Below are positions 56,675 to 64,000 of a stretch of 64,000 nucleotides of DNA, piece by piece. Under the pieces are notes generated by a model, which saw only the letters and a list, made by a program, of their open reading frames with translations, searched no databases and was not told where the DNA came from. The position numbers were made by a program, and so were the translations under genes. Source of the stretch: a virus; IMG/VR virus record IMGVR_UViG_3300047445_000153, positions 1-64,000 of that record, one strand, 5' to 3'. Positions within the stretch are counted from its first letter, which is position 1. Every line of letters begins with the position of its first letter.

Positions 56675-59376
56675 GCGGTGCACTCCTCTTCTTGTTCGAC
56701 GGGCATGCCGTCGAGGATGTAATCCAAAATCGCCTTGCGCTCTTCCCGCGTGGCATGCTTGCCCCAGCGGTCTTCAGAGACACACGGCAACCCCTTTTGC
56801 ATTTCCATCAGTTCGACCTGACCGCTGGTCGACGTCTTCGGGTTCCACGCCTGCAACGTCTTGCCGATCGCAAGCGATGAGTCCAGCATCAAGTTCTTGA
56901 TCAGGCCGCTGTCCTTGATCATCTCCTCATACAGCACGTCGAGGAAGTCGAGCACTTGCGAGCGCGGCACGCTGTAAACCAGCTCATCGTGGATCAGCAG
57001 GTAGAAGCGCGCACGGAAGGCCTCAGCCTTGATGCGATCGTTCATGCGCGCCATCGTCCGCTTAGCAAGCGCAGCACACAGCCCCTGCACCTTCGCGTTC
57101 ACACACTGGTTGCCAGCACGGCGATTGATCTTCTTGATGACCAGTTCACCGAACGCCGCGATGGCCGGGTCACCATAGGACTGGAACTTCATCCGCATGA
57201 TGTTGACCCACTCGTCGGTCGACTCGAAGCGGTCCCGCCGATGATGGTCCGGCAGCTCGACGTAGCCCAGCTCGCGCGCCTCGTTGATGGTGCCGATGCG
57301 CCACTCCTCGGCCACGGGGAACGTCGCACGGTACTTGTCCGTCATCTCCCACATGGTCTCGCTCGACCACCCCAGGACCTCGGCCGTCGTGCCGAGCGCA
57401 CCTGAGTACCAGTACCCGAAGTTCGCTGGCTTGCCCACGTCGGTGCGCAGCTGCTTCTTGTTCGGGTTGTTCTCGTACTCTTCGTCGGTCAGCCCCATCA
57501 GACCGGTGACGGCCTCCTTGTGCAGATCGTCGTGCGGACGCTGGCCATAAGCCTTGCGGAACTTCGGATCGTTCGAGTAATCCCCGATGATCACCAGCTC
57601 CACTGCCGACCAGTCGGCCGATACCAGCACGTGCTCCTCGCCCTCTGCGTCGTCGTCATCGGCCTCGAAGAAGCCCCGGACATACGCCGCCTCACCGAAC
57701 TTGCTGAGCTGCTGGCCGTTCGGGTTCTGGCACGAGCTGCGGCGGGTCGCCAGCAGCGACGACAGCTGCGGATACACGCGACCGGTGTCCGGGTCCACCA
57801 GCAGCAGGTACGGGGTCAGGTACAGCTTCACGCGCTGCGCGAGGCTCGCCATCGCCTTGTACGTGCGGAAGACCGTGAGGCCTGCCTCGTAGCGCTCGAT
57901 TACCGAGATCTTGTTGAGCGTCAGGCCTAGCTTCAGCTTCAGCGCCGGGGCCACTTCGCCCTTGTCGTCGATCTCCAGGCCTGCGTCGCGGTGCTGCTTG
58001 ATCCAGCGGCGCTCCAGCTCATCACGGCAGTCGCCATCGCTCTGCGTCTTGCCATCAGCCTGCATGTACGAGCCGCGCAGCAGGTCATAGATGACCGTGC
58101 GCATCGGCATGTAGTGGACCAGATTCACGCCGCTCGATTCCTTCATGCCGCGCTCGGTCGCCCACGCGGCCGACACCGGGCTGCGGACCTGATAGCACTG
58201 CTCGAAGTCGTCGTCGCTATCCGGTGACAGCGCCCACTTCTCGATCTGCTGGCGGTACTTCTTGTAGCCCGTCGAGCCCTTGACCGGGTCGACATACCAC
58301 TTGTCGTACTTGGCCAGCTTCTCGTGTGGCTCGTCATCGAACGGCAGCAGCGCCTTGATCGCGGCCTTCATGGTGCGAAGGTGACGTGCCTCGTTCGAGC
58401 GCTCGATGTCGCGGCGTTCGAGCACCGCCTTGCCGTTGAGCTTGATGCCATGCTGCCACGCCTCGGAGGCCGAGCGAACGAACGGCATCTCCTGCTGCAT
58501 GAACGTGTTGAAGACCGGTGGGTTGGTCTGCATGATGTACTGCATGAGGCGGTGGAACAGCTGCACACACCAGTACGCATCGTCCACGCCGTACTCGTAG
58601 ACCTGCTCGCCGGTCAGCATGCCCATGTGGACTTCGTCGCCCAGCGTCTCGTCGAAGGTCGCCATCTTGTAGCCGAACCAGCTCAGCACCGCGCGCTTCA
58701 GGTCGTAGCCGATCTTGATCGACGCGACGTAGCCGTTGTAGCTGTGCGCTGAAGTCGACTCCTTGGCCGTGACCTTGAAGACCAGATCTTCTTGGTCCGC
58801 GTTCAGCGTCATGCCCTGCTCGTAGCCCGCGAACTTGCGCGAGACGATCGGCAGCAGCTTCTCGATGCCCCCGAGTCCAGGCTCGCGGAACGTGTCCTTG
58901 AAGTAGGTGTCGGGCGAGTACGCGGACACGGCCATCTGCAACGTGCAGATGACCTTGGTGCCCAGGTCGTAGCCGAGGGACTTCATCATCATCGTCCACT
59001 CGAAGCCCGCGTTGTGGATCAGCCAGTAGGCGTCCGGCGCCTTCGCATCGAGCAGGCGCTTGGCTTGGCTCCAAGGCACACGGTTCTCAACGTCCGCGTG
59101 CTTCAGGTTGATGTAGTAGCCCAGCTCGTTGCCGTCCGGGTAGATCGAGAAGCCCGTGACGTTGGTCCGGTTCGTGTCGAAGACGAGGCGCGTGGACGAG
59201 GACTTCTTGCCTTCGTCGTTGACCTTCATGAAGAGGTTCAAGCCTTCATGACGTTCGCTGTCCTCGGTCTCGATGTCGAAGCCGACAAAGCCGACCGACG
59301 CAATCTCCGAGATGAGCGCTTCCGCGTAGTCATCCCAGTTGCGCGCGTCGATCAGAATTTTCCGATCGCGATCCAT
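56671..59376 (-). CDS. DNA polymerase family A with 3'-5' exonuclease
   Basis: GFDIET, HNAGFE, YGVDDA; motif A SADWSAVE, motif B R..GKPANFGYWY, motif C IHDEL. Confidence 0.93.
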   Translation of the reverse strand: MDRDRKILIDARNWDDYAEALISEIASVGFVGFDIETEDSERHEGLNLFMKVNDEGKKSSSTRLVFDTNRTNVTGFSIYPDGNELGYYINLKHADVENRVPWSQAKRLLDAKAPDAYWLIHNAGFEWTMMMKSLGYDLGTKVICTLQMAVSAYSPDTYFKDTFREPGLGGIEKLLPIVSRKFAGYEQGMTLNADQEDLVFKVTAKESTSAHSYNGYVASIKIGYDLKRAVLSWFGYKMATFDETLGDEVHMGMLTGEQVYEYGVDDAYWCVQLFHRLMQYIMQTNPPVFNTFMQQEMPFVRSASEAWQHGIKLNGKAVLERRDIERSNEARHLRTMKAAIKALLPFDDEPHEKLAKYDKWYVDPVKGSTGYKKYRQQIEKWALSPDSDDDFEQCYQVRSPVSAAWATERGMKESSGVNLVHYMPMRTVIYDLLRGSYMQADGKTQSDGDCRDELERRWIKQHRDAGLEIDDKGEVAPALKLKLGLTLNKISVIERYEAGLTVFRTYKAMASLAQRVKLYLTPYLLLVDPDTGRVYPQLSSLLATRRSSCQNPNGQQLSKFGEAAYVRGFFEADDDDAEGEEHVLVSADWSAVELVIIGDYSNDPKFRKAYGQRPHDDLHKEAVTGLMGLTDEEYENNPNKKQLRTDVGKPANFGYWYSGALGTTAEVLGWSSETMWEMTDKYRATFPVAEEWRIGTINEARELGYVELPDHHRRDRFESTDEWVNIMRMKFQSYGDPAIAAFGELVIKKINRRAGNQCVNAKVQGLCAALAKRTMARMNDRIKAEAFRARFYLLIHDELVYSVPRSQVLDFLDVLYEEMIKDSGLIKNLMLDSSLAIGKTLQAWNPKTSTSGQVELMEMQKGLPCVSEDRWGKHATREERKAILDYILDGMPVEQEEECTA

Positions 59377-59378
59377 GC

Positions 59379-59564
59379 TTACTCCATCGTGCTTGCGGCG
59401 ACTTCCGAGCCGACCAGCGCGACGGCGAACATGCCGATGCCGTCATCGCGCTTGATGATGGAGCGGATCTCATCTGCTGCTGCCTGGATCTTCGCCTGCG
59501 TGTCTGCATCTTGCTTGCCGATCTCGTCCTTGACGATGAGCAGCTGAATGTATTCCGGTGCCAT
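59379..59564 (-). CDS. hypothetical protein
   Basis: fills gap between exonuclease and polymerase. Confidence 0.55.
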   Translation of the reverse strand: MAPEYIQLLIVKDEIGKQDADTQAKIQAAADEIRSIIKRDDGIGMFAVALVGSEVAASTME

Positions 59565-59592
59565 TGTTTCGATCCTGTTGTGGTGGTGGTGG

Positions 59593-60375
59593 TTACAGCA
59601 TGAAATCTTTCAGCACATCGTTGAGCACGCGATCATCGCGCTGGCCGACAACGAGGTTGTCGAAGATGTCTTGGAGCGGCACGTCGTAGAAGCCCGTGAT
59701 CTCCCACATAGCCTTGAGCGTCGCTTCGTTGGCCTTGACCCATTCGATGGTCTTCTTGCCGAGATTGAAGCTGCCAGCTTCGCTGTCCCAGCACGGCGTA
59801 TAGTCTTCCGTGAAGTACTGAAGCCAGCGCTCGCGGTCGCAGTGCTCCCACGCCTTCGGGCCGAAGCCAGGGATGCCGGGGATCTTGTCCGAGCTGTCAC
59901 CGACCAGCGTCTTCATCAACCGGACTTCGGTGAAGTCGGTGTGGGCGTAGCCGTTCTTCTTCGAGCCGATCATCGTCGTGTGCTGGCCGTCACACACGGC
60001 GAAGTAGTCGCCGTCAGTAGAGTGAATCCTGATGGCGTCCGTGCTCGGCTTGTAGTGGTTGGCAAGCTTGACGATCACGTCATCTGCTTCCCACCCCTTC
60101 AGCTCCAGCGACATGCAGCGCGTGAAGCGCAGCACCTGCTTGAACAGATCCGCTGTCTTGTAGAACTGGTCAGGCGCCGGTTGGCGTCCGACCTTGTAGC
60201 CGGGGAAGACCTTGCGACGACGCTCTTTAGCGCCGTGGCCATCCCAGCACCAGATGATCGTATCGAACATGGGGAGCATGTTCATCTCATACAACACGTC
60301 GCGGATCGTGCCGTTCGCTTCGAACTTGATTCGAAACTGGTTGTTGCCATCTATCAGATGGAGAGTGCGTTGCAT
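59593..60375 (-). CDS. 5'-3' exonuclease / flap endonuclease
   Basis: LIDGNN, WDG, YKVGR, EADD, STDGD, LVGDSSDKIPGIPGFGPK. Confidence 0.92.
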   Translation of the reverse strand: MQRTLHLIDGNNQFRIKFEANGTIRDVLYEMNMLPMFDTIIWCWDGHGAKERRRKVFPGYKVGRQPAPDQFYKTADLFKQVLRFTRCMSLELKGWEADDVIVKLANHYKPSTDAIRIHSTDGDYFAVCDGQHTTMIGSKKNGYAHTDFTEVRLMKTLVGDSSDKIPGIPGFGPKAWEHCDRERWLQYFTEDYTPCWDSEAGSFNLGKKTIEWVKANEATLKAMWEITGFYDVPLQDIFDNLVVGQRDDRVLNDVLKDFML

Positions 60376-60397
60376 GGTTGACCTCGCAGGGGCGTAG

Positions 60398-60430
60398 AAA
60401 AAGCCGCGAACTTTCCCAAGTTCGCGGCTT
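60398..60430 (-). terminator. intrinsic terminator
   Basis: AAGCCGCGAACTT-tccc-AAGTTCGCGGCTT with A-run on the left. Confidence 0.8.
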
Positions 60431-60447
60431 CCGATGACGCTAGGCGG

Positions 60448-61185
60448 TTAGGCCGTCGCGCCTTCTTCCTGCTCTACTTCTGCGTACTCGCCCAGCGACT
60501 CCCAGCACATCACGCCCCAGGCGTTGCCCGCCTTGTTCGTCATCCGCTTCGAGGTCACCTTGACCGCCACTTGCGCGCCGATCAGGCCTTCCTGCATGAC
60601 CCGCTGGTAGAAGTCCTGCCATTCCCGCCAGTTGGTCGTCGACGTGGCGTAGCCCACGCGGGTACCCGCCTTGGCCAGCAGCACGCCCTTCGGCGACACG
60701 ACGTCTTTCGTCAGGACCATCGGGACGTCGACCGAACGATACGGCTTCTGCTTGTTGTCGATGGTGGTCGCTTTCGTGATCGCCTCGACCCAGCTGATGC
60801 CCTTGTCGCTCTGCACGCCGTCGTACGTCGACCAGTACTGCGCGGGGTTCCCCGCCTTGATCGACATCTTCGGCGCGAAGCCGATGCCTTCGGTCATGTC
60901 GATGTAGGCGTCGAACTCTTGAATGAGTTCTTCGCCGCCGACGAGCATGCCGTATTCCTTGACCTTCGCCCAGATGTCGACGTTCATCGCGCCGGTCATC
61001 AGCTGGTCCATCGAGAGCTTCTGACCCGGCGTACCCGGCATGGCTACTGCACCGGGTTGAGCGACTGCCACGGCCCCGCCTGCTGCTGCGGTTGCTGCCG
61101 CGTTCGATGCTGCTGCGCCTGCTGCTGCGGCGATTTGGCCTGCTGCTGCTTGGGCCTTTTCGATTGCTTGTTGGATCGGATCCAT
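60448..61185 (-). CDS. probable single-stranded DNA-binding protein
   Basis: AAGG RBS; replication cluster; aromatic beta-rich core; acidic C-terminal tail. Confidence 0.55.
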   Translation of the reverse strand: MDPIQQAIEKAQAAAGQIAAAAGAAASNAAATAAAGGAVAVAQPGAVAMPGTPGQKLSMDQLMTGAMNVDIWAKVKEYGMLVGGEELIQEFDAYIDMTEGIGFAPKMSIKAGNPAQYWSTYDGVQSDKGISWVEAITKATTIDNKQKPYRSVDVPMVLTKDVVSPKGVLLAKAGTRVGYATSTTNWREWQDFYQRVMQEGLIGAQVAVKVTSKRMTNKAGNAWGVMCWESLGEYAEVEQEEGATA

Positions 61186-61335
61186 AATGCCTTTTCCTTT
61201 GAAATGTGAAAGCGCCAGTTTCGGGTTCGTAAAACCTCGCGACTGAGTGGTGGGATCAGCAGCGAGTTCGAAGATCATAGCTTCGATCTTCTAACCATTC
61301 AATCGGAACTAGACGATAGTTCCAAAAGAATTTTC

Positions 61336-62778
61336 TTACATAAAGTCAGCCATCGCGATCTTGCGTGCGGTGGCCTTGCTCTTGTCAAACAGCTCCACCT
61401 CCTCCTGCCGTCGTTGCTCTGACAGCTTGAAGATCTCTTTGGTCGGATCGACCTTGTGTGCTTCTCTCGACTTCTGCTCGATGATCTGCATGATGCGTTG
61501 ATCGATCGAGTCACGGTATTCGAGTACGTAGATCAGCAGCGCGCTGGTACGAGCGCCACGGATGCCACGTCGATACGCCTGGACGAAGCTATCGTCCATG
61601 TAGTTGAGCGACGTGAAGACCATCACCGACAGGTGGTGCCAGTTAAAGCCCACGCCTGCTGTATCCGGTGAGGCCACCACGCAATCGAGCTGGCCCGCAC
61701 GGAAGGCCTGATCGATCGCAGCGCGGCGCGACGACGATACGTTGCCGTTGATCAGCGCCGTGCGCAAGCCCATCGACTTGGCGAGCGCAACGATGCGCTC
61801 CATCTCCGGGATCAGCGCGGCGAAGATCGCGATCGGCTCGCCCGACTGAACCGCGTCGGCCAAGTGGATGATCAGACGTTCGTCCTTGCCGGTCTTCTCA
61901 CCCTTCGCGATCCCGAACGTCTCGGGGTGCGACATGATCTGACGGCAGCGCATCGCGTTGACGGCGGGTGTCGCTCCCTCAAGGAACTCATCGGTCAGCT
62001 CGACGAGTGCTTCATCCTCCATCTCTTCATAAGCTTTGCGCTGCTTGGGCGACATGTCACACAACTCGGTCACGATCACCTTCGCTTCTTCCCCGTGGAC
62101 CTCGGTGAAGGTGTGGCGCACCGCGACGCGGGCCAGGATCTGAGCCAGCTTGTCGTGGTTGGTCCAGCCGATGGTCGTGCCGTACTCGTCTTGCAGCCGG
62201 TGATACCCGAGGAAGCCGCCGAACGTGCCGTAGAAGCGCGGCTCGATGACCTCAATCGTGGGGTACGCACTGCCGATGTTCCCCTTGATGATGGTCCCCG
62301 TCATGCCGAGGTTGTACGTGATCTGGCGCATCGCGAGGATCCAGTTCGTCGTGCGCTTCGCGTTGTACCCGGCATAGCCGAGATGCAGTTCGTCTACCAC
62401 GCACGCATCCAGCTCGGAGTGCAGGCCCTTCATCTTCTGCCACTCATCCGAGAAGCGCTGGAAGCCCATCAGGAACACCTTGGCATTCGGGTTGCGCATC
62501 TGGTTGTCACGCCGCTTCGTGTCGCCGTCGATGATCTGGATCTCCTCGGGCTTGAAGTTCGTGAACTCAAGGAGTTCGTCCTTGTTCTTTCGCAACAAAC
62601 TCATCGGCATCACGAACGCGGTCTTGACCTTCAGCACGCTCCACAGGTACCAAATGTACATGCAGGCTGATCCCGTCTTCTGGCAGGCCGGGTCGCTCAG
62701 GTTCAGACACCGCTTGGTCGCGATGTAGAACGCGAGATCTGCGATCTGGTGGTCGCGGGGGACCTTCTTCTCGATCAT
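61336..62778 (-). CDS. SF2 (SNF2-like) helicase
   Basis: PRDHQ, SDPACQKT, VVDELH, MTGT, GVGFN, QAYRRGIR. Confidence 0.88.
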   Translation of the reverse strand: MIEKKVPRDHQIADLAFYIATKRCLNLSDPACQKTGSACMYIWYLWSVLKVKTAFVMPMSLLRKNKDELLEFTNFKPEEIQIIDGDTKRRDNQMRNPNAKVFLMGFQRFSDEWQKMKGLHSELDACVVDELHLGYAGYNAKRTTNWILAMRQITYNLGMTGTIIKGNIGSAYPTIEVIEPRFYGTFGGFLGYHRLQDEYGTTIGWTNHDKLAQILARVAVRHTFTEVHGEEAKVIVTELCDMSPKQRKAYEEMEDEALVELTDEFLEGATPAVNAMRCRQIMSHPETFGIAKGEKTGKDERLIIHLADAVQSGEPIAIFAALIPEMERIVALAKSMGLRTALINGNVSSSRRAAIDQAFRAGQLDCVVASPDTAGVGFNWHHLSVMVFTSLNYMDDSFVQAYRRGIRGARTSALLIYVLEYRDSIDQRIMQIIEQKSREAHKVDPTKEIFKLSEQRRQEEVELFDKSKATARKIAMADFM

Positions 62779-63041
62779 TGAACCCCCCGGAATGCAGGCA
62801 CTGTCTTGACCCTCACGAACTCTCGCGGCTGGACGTTGTAGAGCGCGATGTACATGCCGCTTTCGAGCCAAGCCACTGGCTCGCGGGTGGTATCTCCGAA
62901 CTTCGCATCGTCCGGGTCCAGGTAGTCCCTTTGCACACGGAGCACCAGTCGGGGCACGCCGTGGAGGCTGTCCATCCAGTGGACGTTGCTGTTACGTCGC
63001 AGCGTCATCTTGGCCAGCTGGTCGATCTGGTCGTCAGTCAC
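62775..63041 (-). CDS. hypothetical protein
   Basis: coupled ORF. Confidence 0.55.
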   Translation of the reverse strand: MTDDQIDQLAKMTLRRNSNVHWMDSLHGVPRLVLRVQRDYLDPDDAKFGDTTREPVAWLESGMYIALYNVQPREFVRVKTVPAFRGVQ

Positions 63042-63949
63042 GAGCGCGCCTCCTTCACTTCGAGTGTGACCCTGTCGATTAGAGCCTCCCTGTCGGCTGC
63101 GGCGAGTAGGTCTTCAATCTTGCTCGCCCATCCGTTGTGAATGTGCACGCCTTTGTACTCGTCGGCGGCCGGGTTGTACGTGCGCAACTCGTGCGCGATT
63201 CGCATCAGCGCCGCATCCTTTTCGGCGTCCGCACGCTCAAACAGCCACGTCATCGCGTCTTGGACAGATTGAATCGTGCGCGGCGCTTCGCTCATTTCTG
63301 TCTCAATATTGGCACCCCAAATGCGCAGAACGAAGTCCGGGTAAATCGTCACTTTCCGCTCGCCGTGCCAAACCTCAACCGGCTTATCTTCGGCGTCCGC
63401 ACGCTCATTACTCGCGCCTGCTGTGGCTAGGGCGTCGCGGATCATCAAAATCACTTCGCCGATCTTGTCTGCGGTGTTCGATGCTCGATCAGCGCGCAAG
63501 TCGCCATATGACTGAATCGCCTCTATTATTTCCTTGCTCACCGGAAACGCCCCCGCTGTGTCGGCGTCAGCACGCGGGGCAGGTACGGGCGAAAAATCCT
63601 CGATCGCGTCGATCATTCCGGAGCCGTAAGACTTCGAACGCGGGGCGATAGGTGCGGTGACAAGGACCACATCATGTGGTGCGGGCTTGTATCCGTCGAA
63701 TGCCCACAGCAAGCACGGCTCTTTGCTACGCCCGTCGTAAAATGCCACCGCCTCACGCGGGGCAGGCACCGGAGCGAAATCCTCAATCGCGTCGATCATT
63801 CCGGAGCCGTAAGACTTCGAATGTGGGGCGATAGGGGCGGCGTAAAGCTTCGTCCCGATTGGCAACGTCTTAAGCACTTCCTCTTGAATCACCAGATCAC
63901 GCTCTGCGAACGCGTCAGGGTCGCCATACTTATTGACCACTTCCGCCAC
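63038..63949 (-). CDS. mosaic hypothetical protein with internal repeats (may start beyond the window edge)
   Basis: two APIAP.SKSYGSGMIDAIEDF.PVPAPR units, two ERADAE units. Confidence 0.6.
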   Translation of the reverse strand: MAEVVNKYGDPDAFAERDLVIQEEVLKTLPIGTKLYAAPIAPHSKSYGSGMIDAIEDFAPVPAPREAVAFYDGRSKEPCLLWAFDGYKPAPHDVVLVTAPIAPRSKSYGSGMIDAIEDFSPVPAPRADADTAGAFPVSKEIIEAIQSYGDLRADRASNTADKIGEVILMIRDALATAGASNERADAEDKPVEVWHGERKVTIYPDFVLRIWGANIETEMSEAPRTIQSVQDAMTWLFERADAEKDAALMRIAHELRTYNPAADEYKGVHIHNGWASKIEDLLAAADREALIDRVTLEVKEARS

Positions 63950-64000
63950 CGCCTCACTCTTGCCGCCCTCGGCGCAGCCTGCCGACCTCCATTCGCCGGT

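Noticed and set aside
5787-59592. GTGGTGG runs as Chi recombination sites
   Set aside because: Position near starts, hairpin-loop display and strand switching with transcription fit an RNA element better; not fully excluded
63571-63840. Diversity-generating retroelement TR/VR pair
   Set aside because: Differences are mostly synonymous and not adenine-specific; no reverse transcriptase in the window
1-64000. tRNA, rRNA, integrase, transposase, CI-type repressor
   Set aside because: None recognised by eye; tRNAscan-SE and HMM searches would be needed to exclude them

Overview
The window is a large part of a GC-rich, long-tailed (siphovirus-type) dsDNA phage genome. The host is probably a betaproteobacterium, inferred only weakly from composition and the H-NS type. 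Layout: a compositionally distinct left region and HNH endonuclease (1-3.2 kb); primase-helicase (minus strand); a plus-strand morphogenesis arm (GpA-type terminase, portal, protease/scaffold, capsid, neck, tail tube, frameshifted chaperones, tape measure with SLT domain, lambda-like tail tip); a fibre/Hint/radical-SAM module; GH19 lysis cassette with spanins; a two-enzyme tailspike; a complete iteron plasmid replicon (ParA, RHH partner, 7 iterons, 2 DnaA boxes, Rep_3 initiator, H-NS); and a minus-strand replication/nucleotide arm (PolA, ligase, SbcCD, exonucleases, SF2 helicase, ThyX, dNMP kinase, MazG-like). No integrase or CI-like repressor is visible, so it looks like a phage-plasmid that also has autonomous lytic replication genes. 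Best novelty candidates: (1) a tail fibre ending in NCNCNCACT fused to a cleavage-only Hint domain and co-transcribed with a radical SAM/SPASM enzyme, suggesting RiPP-like maturation of a virion protein; (2) a coding-strand CCACCAC motif, often in hairpin loops, upstream of many genes; (3) putative late promoters whose -10 boxes lie inside inverted repeats. All calls are from motif recognition and synteny by eye; no database search was run.
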